From Candidatus Bipolaricaulota bacterium (GTDB lineage Bacteria; Bipolaricaulota; Bipolaricaulia; Bipolaricaulales; Bipolaricaulaceae): a stretch of 64,000 nucleotides of DNA. The position numbers and the translations under genes were made by a program. The stretch spans positions 2,974 through 66,973 of the forward strand of contig JAUQPF010000051.1 of assembly GCA_030550535.1 (NCBI GenBank), in the 5' to 3' direction. Below, in pieces: positions 32,535-40,944 of this stretch. Within the stretch, counting starts at the first letter, position 1, and each line of letters begins with the position of its first letter. Below the pieces are notes generated by a model. It worked only from the letters and a program-made list of their open reading frames with translations, searched no databases and was not told the DNA's origin.

Positions 32535-33468
32535 GGTTTCCTCCAAAGTTTCCGCCGAAAAGGCCGGTGGAGAGGTAGCGTTCCCCGGTGTCGGGAAGGA
32601 TCACGACGAGCACTTTTCCGGCGCTATCGGGGCGTGCCGCCACTTTCAGGGCTGCCGCCACCGCGGCTCCCGAGGATATCCCCACCAAAAGCCCTTCCTC
32701 TCGGGCGAGCCGGCGGGTGGTCTCCACGGCCTCCTCGTCCGTCACGGGGATGACCTCATCGATGACGGAACGATCCAAAACCCTCGGGACGAAGCCCGCG
32801 CCGATGCCCTGGATGCGGTGCCGCCCGGGCTTCCCACCCGAAAGGACCGGCGAAGCCGCGGGCTCCACCGCGACCACCCTCACGCTCGGTTTACGGGCCT
32901 TGAGCACGCGCCCCACCCCGGTGAGCGTGCCGCCCGTGCCCACCCCAGCCACAAAGATGTCCACCCTCCCCTCCGTGTCGTTCCAGATTTCCTCCGCCGT
33001 GGTCCGCTCGTGGATCTTGGGGTTCGCGGGATTTTCAAACTGGTGGGGCATGAAGGCGCCGTAACGCTTGGCCAATTCGTGGGCGGCACGCACTGCTCCC
33101 GCCATTCCCTCCTCCGCTGGGGTGAGCACGAGCTCCGCCCCCAAAGCCTGAAGGATGGCCCGCCGCTCCAGACTCATCGTCTCGGGCATGGTGAGGATAA
33201 GCCGATACCCTCGGATGGCGCACACAAAAGCTAGGCCGATTCCGGTGTTTCCGGAGGTTGGCTCCACCACGATCCCTCCAGGCCGAAGAAGCCCTCGTTC
33301 CTCGGCGTCGCGGATCATGGCCCAGGCAATGCGGTCCTTCACGCTTCCCAAGGGGTTTTTGGACTCAAGCTTCCCCAGGATCTCACACGGAAGCCCTTTC
33401 CCAATGCGAGAAAGCCGCACAAGAGGGGTATTCCCAATGAGGTCGAGCGCACTTTCCGCCACCCGCAT
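32515..33468 (-). CDS. cysK: cysteine synthase A (O-acetylserine sulfhydrylase)
   Basis: [19 protein letters not shown]...[11 protein letters not shown]...[12 protein letters not shown]... ATG comp(33466-33468) after AAAGGAGGGGA. Confidence 0.92.
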   Translation of the reverse strand: MRVAESALDLIGNTPLVRLSRIGKGLPCEILGKLESKNPLGSVKDRIAWAMIRDAEERGLLRPGGIVVEPTSGNTGIGLAFVCAIRGYRLILTMPETMSLERRAILQALGAELVLTPAEEGMAGAVRAAHELAKRYGAFMPHQFENPANPKIHERTTAEEIWNDTEGRVDIFVAGVGTGGTLTGVGRVLKARKPSVRVVAVEPAASPVLSGGKPGRHRIQGIGAGFVPRVLDRSVIDEVIPVTDEEAVETTRRLAREEGLLVGISSGAAVAAALKVAARPDSAGKVLVVILPDTGERYLSTGLFGGNFGGNHVSGNS

Positions 33469-33646
33469 TTCCCCTCCTTTCGCCCTTTGCGCGCAAAAAC
33501 CCAAGCACCCTTGCGGAGACGTAACCGAACGGGGAAAAAGCGGGCTAGCGGCTACACAAGGGGGCGAAGGTCCAAGGGCCAAGGAGTCTACGGGCCGAAA
33601 ACGCTGGGCTTACCCTCTTCGTCATCCTTCACCCCCGTCGGTGTGC

Positions 33647-33675
33647 ACTATAGGGCGGAAATGGGGCCGCGTCAA
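33647..33675 (-). promoter_or_regulatory. near-consensus sigma-70 promoter of cysK-cysE
   Basis: Minus strand TTGACG (comp 33670-33675), 17-nt spacer, TATAGT (comp 33647-33652). Leaves a ~170-nt leader before the cysK ATG. The -35 overlaps the hypF stop. Confidence 0.6.
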
Positions 33676-35915
33676 TAGCGGGCTTGCCCCAAGAGCCAGG
33701 AAGCCTGCAGGAGTTGGCCGAAGGAGAGGCCTCCGTCGCCGGGGGGAACCCTGCGGTGGGCGAGGAACCGAAGCCCCGCCCTTTCCACCTCCTCCCTCAC
33801 CGTCTGGCTCAAGGCGAAGTTCACGGCCGCTCCCCCCGTGATCCCCACCCTCGGGATCCCCGCCTCTTGGGCCGCGCCCACGGCGATGCGCGCAAGCCCC
33901 CGCGCGAGCGCGGCCTGGGCTGTGGCCGCGAGGTCCTCGGGCCGCGCCCCCTTCTTTCGGAGCTTCCAGAGCTCCCGAAAGAGGGCCACGGTGTCCACCA
34001 CGAGCCCTCCGCCGCTTGGGACGAGGGGCGGCTCCAGGGGGAGGGCTCGACCCTTGGCGGCGAAGGCCTCCAATTTCATGGCCGGCTCGCCTTCATACGT
34101 ACGTTCCTTACAGATCCCAAGCCAGGCGGCCACCGCGTCCAAAAACCTTCCCGCACTTGTGGCAAGCGGCGCGTTCACCCCCCTTTCGATCTGCGCTAGA
34201 ACCAGCTGGAGCTCCTCCTTGGGGAGTCCGGACTCCTCGGGCGGAAGTCCGGCGGCGAAGAGGAGGCTTGCGGCCATGCGGCCAGGGCGGAGGGCCGCGA
34301 GATCCCCTCCCGGCATGGGCACGGGCCGAAGGTGCCCCACCCGCTTGAACTCCCCACGGCGCCAAAGGATCACCTCTCCCCCCCACGCCGTGCCGTCCAC
34401 GCCGTACCCGTAACCATCCATGGCGATGCCCACGAGCTCCTGGACCCTATGTTCTCCGGCCAGCCCCGCTACATGGGCCACGTGGTGCTGGACAGGAATG
34501 GCTTCGCCCAGCTCTTCCGCGAGCCTTCGCGTGGGAAAAGCGGGATGGAGATCGCACGCGATTTTCCTGGGCAGGGAAAGGCCCAAGAGCCGGAGGAAAT
34601 GGTCCAAGGCCTCGCGCAGGAACTCCAGGGTCTCGAGTTCCTCAGTGTTCCCGATGTGCTGGGAGAGGAAGATCTTCCCACGGGCGTAGAGGGCAAAGGT
34701 CACGTTGAGGTCTCCGCCCAGGGCGAGGAGGGGCTCCTCCCCCAGATCAAGGGGGATGGGCTCGGGGACCCAGCCGCGGGAGCGGCGTAGGAACACCGGC
34801 CCTGTGGGCCCCATTCGCACCACGGAGTCATCGCAGCGGGCCACGATCCGGCGGTTGTGGAGGAGGAAGGCGTCCGCTACCGAAGCGAGCTCCTCAAGAA
34901 TACGGACGTTTTCGATGAGCATGGGCCGCCCAGGGAAATTGGCGCTCGTCATGACCAGGGGGAAGGGAAGGCCGCGCAAAAGGAGGTGATGGAGCCCACT
35001 GTAGGGGAGCATGACCCCTACGGTGTGGAGGCCTGGGGCCACGGAGGGCGCAAGGTACCCGGGTTTATGGAGGAGCACGACGATGGGCCGTCGAGGGGAG
35101 CGCAAAAGCTTCCACTCCTCCTCGTTAGGCTCAGCGAAAAGCGGGATTTGATCTTCCCGGGCCATGAGGGCGAAGGGCTGAGCCGGCCGGCCCAATCGCC
35201 GCCGAAGCTCCGCCACCACCTCCTCCCGTGTGGCCTCGCAGGCCAAGTGCGTCCCCCCCAAACCCTTGATGGCCAAGATCCTCCCCTCCCTCAGGGCCTC
35301 CAGGGCCAGGAGGATGGGGTCCCCAGGGATCTCGCGGCCCTCCCTCACGAACGAAAGCTTGGGCCCACAGGCTGGACAGGCGATGGTTTGCGCATGGTAA
35401 CGACGATCCAGGGGATCCTTGTAGTCGCGCTCGCACTCCGGGCACAGGGGGAAATCGCGGAACGCCGTGCGCGGACGGTCGTAGGGCAAGGCCTCCACCA
35501 CCGTGAACCTGGGGCCGCAGTCCGTGCAGCTCGTGGCCCAATACCCGTGAAAGCGGCTGTTGGGGTCCAGGATATCGCGTAGGCAGTGGGGACAAGTGGC
35601 CGTATCCGGGGGGATCAGCCCGGAGCCCTCGCCGCTGTCCCGTGAAGGGAGGATGCGGAACGTGCGTTCCCCCGAGGGCGCAAGCTTTTGGATGTTTATC
35701 CGTTCAATTTCCGCAAGCGGGGGCTTTTCCTCCCGCAGCGCCGCGAGAAATTGGTCCAGGGCCGAGGGCGGCCCCTCCACCTCGATCTCCACCCCGGCCT
35801 CGCCCAGGTTGCGCACATACCCGGAGAGCCCATGGCGCACGGCGATCCGGTAAACGAAGGGACGAAAACCCACACCCTGAACGGTGCCCTCAACCTGAAT
35901 GCGTAGGCGCTGCAT
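33672..35915 (-). CDS. hypF: [NiFe]-hydrogenase maturation carbamoyltransferase HypF
   Basis: MQRLRIQVEGTVQGVGFRPFVYR (acylphosphatase domain). Zn fingers CPHCLRD...CTDCGPRFT and CPECERD...CPACGP. YrdC-like and Kae1-like C-terminal domains. ATG comp(35913-35915). Confidence 0.92.
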   Translation of the reverse strand: MQRLRIQVEGTVQGVGFRPFVYRIAVRHGLSGYVRNLGEAGVEIEVEGPPSALDQFLAALREEKPPLAEIERINIQKLAPSGERTFRILPSRDSGEGSGLIPPDTATCPHCLRDILDPNSRFHGYWATSCTDCGPRFTVVEALPYDRPRTAFRDFPLCPECERDYKDPLDRRYHAQTIACPACGPKLSFVREGREIPGDPILLALEALREGRILAIKGLGGTHLACEATREEVVAELRRRLGRPAQPFALMAREDQIPLFAEPNEEEWKLLRSPRRPIVVLLHKPGYLAPSVAPGLHTVGVMLPYSGLHHLLLRGLPFPLVMTSANFPGRPMLIENVRILEELASVADAFLLHNRRIVARCDDSVVRMGPTGPVFLRRSRGWVPEPIPLDLGEEPLLALGGDLNVTFALYARGKIFLSQHIGNTEELETLEFLREALDHFLRLLGLSLPRKIACDLHPAFPTRRLAEELGEAIPVQHHVAHVAGLAGEHRVQELVGIAMDGYGYGVDGTAWGGEVILWRRGEFKRVGHLRPVPMPGGDLAALRPGRMAASLLFAAGLPPEESGLPKEELQLVLAQIERGVNAPLATSAGRFLDAVAAWLGICKERTYEGEPAMKLEAFAAKGRALPLEPPLVPSGGGLVVDTVALFRELWKLRKKGARPEDLAATAQAALARGLARIAVGAAQEAGIPRVGITGGAAVNFALSQTVREEVERAGLRFLAHRRVPPGDGGLSFGQLLQASWLLGQARY

Positions 35916-36003
35916 GGAACAGCAAGTATAGCGGCCACTTGTCCGCTTTCGCGGGGTCGGCGGGCCTTCTTTCCCCCGTTCAAGGGGGCTTGAAATTAGG
36001 GCC

Positions 36004-37083
36004 ATGGTTCACGCGGAGGTGGACCTCCGGGCGATCCGCGCAAACCTCGAGCGCCTGCGGGATTGGCTCCCCAAACGCGTGGCCCTCATGTTCGTGGTCA
36101 AGGAGGACGCTTACGGGCACGGCCTTGGGCCCGTGGCGAGGATCGCCGCGGAAGTGGTGGACTGGTTTGGGGTGGCCCACGTGGAGGAGGCCCGGGCTTT
36201 GCGCGCGGCCGGCCTTTCCCACCCCATTTTCCTCATGATCCCCCCCGTGGGCGAGGAGCTCGTGGAGGCCATCCGTCAAGGTTTTCATATCCCGCTTGGG
36301 GACCTGGGCATGGTGGCGGAGGTGCGGGAGGCGGCGCGCCGGGCCGGCCGGAAAGCCTTGGTGCACTTGGAGATCGACACGGGGATGGGCCGCTTCGGCC
36401 TCCTTCCTGAGGAGGCCGAAAAGGCCTTGGCGCTTTTTGACCCCCAACACCTGGAGCTCGCGGGGATCTTCTCCCACCTTTCCTCGGCGTATGGGACGAC
36501 GCCCGAGGATCTGGAGTTCACCCGAGCGCAGGTATGGTGGTTCCGAAAGATCCTGCAGGAGTGGGAGGGGCGGGTGGAGGCCCCCTGGAAGCATTTGGCC
36601 AACTCCGCCGCGGTTTTGGCCTTCCATGAGGCCACGGCGCCGCCCCTGAACATGGTGCGGGTGGGCACTGCGGCCTACGGCTACCCTGAGGGGCCGGCGA
36701 AACCCCCTGTTCCCCTCAAACCCGCGGCCCGGGTATGGACGCGGATCGCCGCGGTGCGCGAGGTGCCGGCGGGTTGGCCCGTGGGCTACGGCCGCACCTT
36801 CGTCACGGAGAAGCCGGCGAGGCTCGCCATCCTCGCCGCGGGCTACAGCCATGGCCTTCGCCCCGAACTCCGCGACGTCCTCGTACGGGAGCGGCGCGCG
36901 CCCCTCGTGGGGAAGATCGCCATGGACACCGTGGCCTGTGACGTGACCGAGGTTTTTCGGGTGCATAGGGGGGATCCCGCGGTGCTGTTCGGGCCCGAGG
37001 TGGAACGGCCCGGTTGGGTTTGCCCTATATTGGTTCCCGTCCTTCTTTCCGCGCGGCGAAGTTTTGTGGGGGCTGAAAAATAA
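36004..37083 (+). CDS. alr: alanine racemase
   Basis: ...MFVVKEDAYGHG (PLP-lysine context), ...EIDTGMGRFG..., ...GYGRTF..., ...VGKIAMD... Confidence 0.88.
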   Translation: MVHAEVDLRAIRANLERLRDWLPKRVALMFVVKEDAYGHGLGPVARIAAEVVDWFGVAHVEEARALRAAGLSHPIFLMIPPVGEELVEAIRQGFHIPLGDLGMVAEVREAARRAGRKALVHLEIDTGMGRFGLLPEEAEKALALFDPQHLELAGIFSHLSSAYGTTPEDLEFTRAQVWWFRKILQEWEGRVEAPWKHLANSAAVLAFHEATAPPLNMVRVGTAAYGYPEGPAKPPVPLKPAARVWTRIAAVREVPAGWPVGYGRTFVTEKPARLAILAAGYSHGLRPELRDVLVRERRAPLVGKIAMDTVACDVTEVFRVHRGDPAVLFGPEVERPGWVCPILVPVLLSARRSFVGAEK

Positions 37084-37087
37084 AAAC

Positions 37088-37165
37088 TGGTACGCCCGGC
37101 AGGATTTGAACCTGCGACCTCTGGCTCCGGAGGCCAGCGCTCTGTCCGGGCTGAGCTACGGGCGC
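37088..37165 (-). tRNA. tRNA-Arg (anticodon CCG), CCA encoded
   Basis: Reverse complement GCGCCCGTAGCTCAGCCCGGACAGAGCGCTGGCCTCCGGAGCCAGAGGTCGCAGGTTCAAATCCTGCCGGGCGTACCA folds as a cloverleaf. Anticodon loop CTCCGGA. Confidence 0.93.
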
Positions 37166-37167
37166 TG

Positions 37168-37259
37168 CGGAGGGAGCGGGATTCGAACCCGCGGCCAGGG
37201 TTTTAAGCCCCGGCAACGGCTTAGCAAGCCGTCCTCTTCGGCCCCTCGAGCATCCCTCC
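37168..37259 (-). tRNA. tRNA-Ser (anticodon GCU), long variable arm
   Basis: Reverse complement GGAGGGATGCTCGAGGGGCCGAAGAGGACGGCTTGCTAAGCCGT... 3-bp D stem, anticodon loop TTGCTAA, 7-bp variable stem, T arm GCGGGTTCGAATCCCGC, acceptor GGAGGGA/TCCCTCC. Confidence 0.92.
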
Positions 37260-37267
37260 CACCCCGC

Positions 37268-37295
37268 ATTCTATGCGCTTGGGCCCGGGAGTCAA
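37268..37295 (-). promoter_or_regulatory. promoter of the tRNA-Ser/tRNA-Arg pair
   Basis: Minus strand TTGACT (comp 37290-37295), 16-nt spacer, TAGAAT (comp 37268-37273). The tRNA-Ser 5' end lies 9 nt downstream. Confidence 0.6.
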
Positions 37296-37317
37296 ACGCT
37301 GAAGGAGCAGGGCGAAG

Positions 37318-37346
37318 TGGACAAGGGGCGGGGAAGCTTGTACAAT
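37318..37346 (+). promoter_or_regulatory. orphan sigma-70-type promoter (drives the candidate sRNA)
   Basis: TGGACA (37318-37323), 17-nt spacer, TACAAT (37341-37346). Back-to-back with the tRNA promoter. Confidence 0.55.
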
Positions 37347-37352
37347 ACTCTT

Positions 37353-37438
37353 GCTTCATGGGCCTTTCCGCCTGAGACCCACCCCATTCCACCTCACGCC
37401 TCACCTCCCCCGGGCGGAAAGGCCCCTTTTCTTTTGTT
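37353..37438 (+). ncRNA. candidate ~85-nt small RNA: 13-bp stem closing a 40-nt C-rich loop, followed by a U-tract
   Basis: Predicted TSS ~37353. GGGCCTTTCCGCC (37360-37372) pairs perfectly with GGCGGAAAGGCCC (37413-37425). The loop is TGAGACCCACCCCATTCCACCTCACGCCTCACCTCCCCCG. Followed by CTTTTCTTTTGTT (37426-37438). Only a 5-codon ORF (MGLSA) fits inside. Confidence 0.45.
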
Positions 37439-38218
37439 CGGCATCGCGGGGCATCCCACCCAAGCCTCCTTGAACTTTTGGTTCGCCAACTGCCCGCTGT
37501 CCAACCTCAGAATCACAAGACAAAGCGTTGGCCAGCAGAGCCAGCGGGAACGGCGAAGGAACCCTGTGCGGCGACGGCCCCATCCTGGGCCTTAACCCGG
37601 CGGAAGGGCTCTGGCCTTGATGTTCACAGGGTTCGCAGGGGTTCCCTTTATTTCTCCGTAGACGGGCTCGAGGGGCAGGGGAATACCCACCGTTTCCTCT
37701 TCCCAGGTGGTTCCCGGGAGGTTTTGGACGGCGCGGATGGGGGCTAGGGGATCAGCGGACCTTGGGCCCTAAAACCTCACGATGTCCTTCACCCCGCCCT
37801 CCAGCGCCGCGGCCCTGGGATGGCTTGGTCCAAGCCAGAGCACGAAAGGGCGCCGTTAAGAGGGGCACAGGGGAAGGGGACACTCGGCCTCTTTGGGGCG
37901 TTCAGGGAGGATCTTGTCGGGGAAGAGAGGGTTCGGAAGGGCGCGCCGCGTACATCCATCCTCATGGCCTTGCCTACCTCAAAAACGGCAACGCTGATGA
38001 AAATCCTCGCGTTTTCCTACCGAGGCGATGCGTGCCACAGGTTAGCTCACTCTTTGGGGACCACTTCGAACAGGCCTACCACCCCAAGGTGGTCGGAAAC
38101 GGTGCAGCTTGTGATGTTACCCCAACGGTAGGGCGGAACCCTGGGATTTTCGGGTTACGCGCCACGGAAAGGAGCGCAAGCTGAAGGGGCTGCAAGCCCG
38201 GGTTTCCACGAGGAACGA

Positions 38219-38247
38219 TTGACAGGCGAGCGGACTTTGGGTATGAC
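38219..38247 (+). promoter_or_regulatory. promoter of nadE (leaderless-type)
   Basis: TTGACA (38219-38224), 17-nt spacer, TATGAC (38242-38247). GTG start 38254 is only 6 nt downstream, with no SD. Confidence 0.55.
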
Positions 38248-38253
38248 CATCTC

Positions 38254-39888
38254 GTGAAGATCGCAATTGGCCAGATCAACCCTAAAGTCGGCGATTTTTC
38301 GGAGAACCTCGGGAAGATTCGGGAGAGCGTGGCTTGGGCTCAGGAAGCGGGCGCGGATTTGGTGGTGTTCCCCGAGCTCGCCCTTCTGGGATATCCGCCG
38401 AGGGATCTTCTTTTGCGCCGAGGCTTTGTGGAGGCAGCGGAAGCCGCGTTTCAGGAGGTTTTAAAGGAGAGCACGAAGATGCCCATCGTGATCGGCCACA
38501 TTCAACCGGCTTCCCCCCAGCCAACCAACCGCGCCGATCCCTCCGCGAATTCTTGGCACCCCTACTTCCTCCACAACGCCGTTTTCCTTTTGGATGGTGG
38601 GGAAATCCTGGGCTTCCAGGCCAAGGTGCGTCTCCCTTCCTTCGACGTTTTCGAGGAAGAGCGCTATTTCGTTCCGGGAAAGCAATGCGAGGTGTTGAGT
38701 TGGCGGGGGCTGCGCTTGGGCCTCTCAGTCTGCGAGGATTTTTGGTACGAGGATGGCGTTCTTGCAGCCCAAAGCCAGGCCGGCGTCGACCTTCTTCTCA
38801 ACGTCTCCGCTTCCCCCTATTTCCGGGGCAAACCCTCCGTGCGGTGGCGGTTGGGACAGGCCTGGGCGGCCCAGGCCGGTGTTCCCCTCGTGTACGCGAA
38901 CTTGGTGGGTGCTCAAGACGAGCTCGTCTTTGATGGGCGTTCGTTCGTTGTGCGTCCGGATGGCGCTTTTCTTCTGGACTGTCCGGCGTTTCGGGAGGGG
39001 GTGTTCCTCGCGGATTTGGCAGGCGCGCCTTGCGCCACTCCCCGCGAGGCGGGGATTGCGGACGTGCACCGGGCCCTTGTCCTCGGGATCCGGGATTATT
39101 GTCAAAAGAACGGGATCCCCCGCGTCGTGATCGGGATTTCGGGAGGGGTGGATTCGGCGGTAGTGGCGGCGCTGGCTGTGGAGGCCTTGGGCAAGGAGAG
39201 CGTGATCGGGGCCTTCCTTCCCGGGCCGTACACGAGCGCGGTCTCTCGGGAATGCGCCCAGGCTTTAGCAGAGAACTTGGGCATCAAGCTTTTGGTCCTC
39301 TCCATCAACGCCGCGTTTGAGGAGGCCAAAAGAGCTTTGGGGGCGGCCATCCCCGTGGAGGGCGTGGTGGCGGAGAACCTCCAGGCTCGCCTGCGTGGCC
39401 TCTTCCTCATGGCCCTGGCCAACGCCCTTGGAGCCATCGTCCTTTGCCCGGGGAACAAGGCGGAGATCGCCATGGGCTACAACACGCTCTATGGGGATAC
39501 AGTGGGCGCGTTGGCCCCCATCGGCGACCTCCTCAAACACGAGGTGTACGAGCTCGCGCGTTTTCTGAACGAAAAAGCCGGCCATGCCCTTATCCCTGAA
39601 GAGATCCTGAGGCGTCCACCGTCCGCGGAGCTTCGCCCGGACCAGAAGGACGAGGATGATCTTCCGCCTTATTCCATTCTGGATCCCTTGCTTAAGGCCC
39701 TCGTGGAGGCGAACGCCTCGCCTGAGGAGCTGGCCCAGCGTTTCGAAGCGGCTTTGGTGCGAGAGGTTTTGCGACGCCTCCGCCGTGCCGAATACAAACG
39801 TCGTCAGCTTCCGCTGGTGCTCAAGGTAAGCCCCAAGGCGTTCGGACTGGGCTGGCGTTTCCCCGTGACCTCGGGTTTCCTAGACTAG
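38254..39888 (+). CDS. nadE: glutamine-dependent NAD+ synthetase
   Basis: N-terminal CN-hydrolase domain (...DLVVFPELALLGYPP...) plus C-terminal synthetase with the PP-loop GISGGVDSAV. 544 aa. Confidence 0.92.
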   Translation: MKIAIGQINPKVGDFSENLGKIRESVAWAQEAGADLVVFPELALLGYPPRDLLLRRGFVEAAEAAFQEVLKESTKMPIVIGHIQPASPQPTNRADPSANSWHPYFLHNAVFLLDGGEILGFQAKVRLPSFDVFEEERYFVPGKQCEVLSWRGLRLGLSVCEDFWYEDGVLAAQSQAGVDLLLNVSASPYFRGKPSVRWRLGQAWAAQAGVPLVYANLVGAQDELVFDGRSFVVRPDGAFLLDCPAFREGVFLADLAGAPCATPREAGIADVHRALVLGIRDYCQKNGIPRVVIGISGGVDSAVVAALAVEALGKESVIGAFLPGPYTSAVSRECAQALAENLGIKLLVLSINAAFEEAKRALGAAIPVEGVVAENLQARLRGLFLMALANALGAIVLCPGNKAEIAMGYNTLYGDTVGALAPIGDLLKHEVYELARFLNEKAGHALIPEEILRRPPSAELRPDQKDEDDLPPYSILDPLLKALVEANASPEELAQRFEAALVREVLRRLRRAEYKRRQLPLVLKVSPKAFGLGWRFPVTSGFLD

Positions 39889-40944
39889 CCCTTCCGACTT
39901 CGTGCGGCGGATGAACGCGGGGATGTCGTAGTCGTCGCGGATGATGCCCTCTTGCTGGAGCTTGGTAAGGAGGGCCGTGCGCTCCTCCACCTCCGGCTCG
40001 CTTGGGGCCACGGGGGAAAAGCCGGTGGCGATCACGGTAACACGGGTGCGGCCGAACCCCTCCCAGATGGTGGCGCCGAAGAAGATGTCCGCCCGCTCCG
40101 AGAGGGCCTCGCGCACGACGCTCGCCGCGGCCACCACCTCCTCCAGGGTGAGGTCCTCCCCGCCGGTGATGTTGAGGATCGCTTTCTTGGCGTCCTTGAT
40201 GCTGAAGTCCAAAAGAGGGGAGGCGATGGCCCGACGGGCGGCTTCCCGGGTGCGGTTCTCGCCCTCGGCCTCGCCGATTCCCATGAGGGCCGTGCCCGCT
40301 CCGCGCAGGACCGCCTCCAAATCCGCGAAATCCAGGTTGATAAGGCCCGGCACGGTCACGAGCTCCGTCACCCCTTGAACCCCTTGATGCAAAACCTCGT
40401 CCGCAAGTTCGAAGGCCTTGGTGATGGGCATGTCGGGTGGGGCGATCTTGAGGAGCTTGTCGTTGGAGATGGTGATGAGGGCGTCCACCACTTTGGCCAG
40501 GCGCTGGATGCCCATTTCGGCCTTTTGGGCCCGGGCCGGGCCCTCGAAGGAGAAGGGGCGCGTGACGATGGCCACAGTGAGGATCCCCAATTCCTTGGCG
40601 ATCTCAGCGACCACGGGAGCCCCGCCGGTTCCGGTGCCCCCGCCCATGCCCGCGGTGATGAACACCAAATCCGCGCCTTCAAGCACGTCGGCGATGTCCT
40701 CGCGGGACTCCTCGGCGGCCTTGCGGCCCACCTCGGGATCGCCGCCGGCGCCCAAGCCGCCTGTGAGGCGCGGCCCAAGCTGCACGTGTTTGTGGGCCTG
40801 CACAAGGGAGAGCACCTGCACATCGGTGTTCATGGCCACGAGCTCCACGCCGCGCAGGCCCGCACGGAACATGCGGTTGACGGCGTTCCCACCGCCCCCG
40901 CCTACCCCCACCACGAGGATGCGCGCCGGAGATTCGCCGTTCAT
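39880..40944 (-). CDS. ftsZ: cell division protein FtsZ
   Basis: ARILVVGVGGGGGNAVNRM, GGGTGTGGAPV tubulin signature. ATG comp(40942-40944) overlaps the ftsA stop (ATGA). Confidence 0.95.
   Translation of the reverse strand: MNGESPARILVVGVGGGGGNAVNRMFRAGLRGVELVAMNTDVQVLSLVQAHKHVQLGPRLTGGLGAGGDPEVGRKAAEESREDIADVLEGADLVFITAGMGGGTGTGGAPVVAEIAKELGILTVAIVTRPFSFEGPARAQKAEMGIQRLAKVVDALITISNDKLLKIAPPDMPITKAFELADEVLHQGVQGVTELVTVPGLINLDFADLEAVLRGAGTALMGIGEAEGENRTREAARRAIASPLLDFSIKDAKKAILNITGGEDLTLEEVVAAASVVREALSERADIFFGATIWEGFGRTRVTVIATGFSPVAPSEPEVEERTALLTKLQQEGIIRDDYDIPAFIRRTKSEGLV

Noticed and set aside
37373-37412. G-quadruplex on the minus strand of the sRNA loop (GGGGGAGGTGAGGCGTGAGGTGGAATGGGGTGGG).
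   Set aside because: The G-tracts are irregular (mostly GG). I cannot support a quadruplex without computation, and the promoter/terminator logic favours the plus-strand RNA reading.
37762-38184. 140-aa and 103-aa plus-strand ORFs in the ORF-less gap.
   Set aside because: The N-terminal halves are low-complexity (PSPRPPAPRP, GEGDTRPLWG). There is no RBS or promoter, and they overlap each other. Treated as non-coding; see the finding on this interval.
37088-38218. Integrated element or prophage remnant next to tRNA-Ser/tRNA-Arg.
   Set aside because: No integrase or transposase fragments were recognised, and no direct repeat of a tRNA 3' end was found. The odd region lies on the 5' (promoter) side of the tRNAs, not the 3' side where integration usually occurs.
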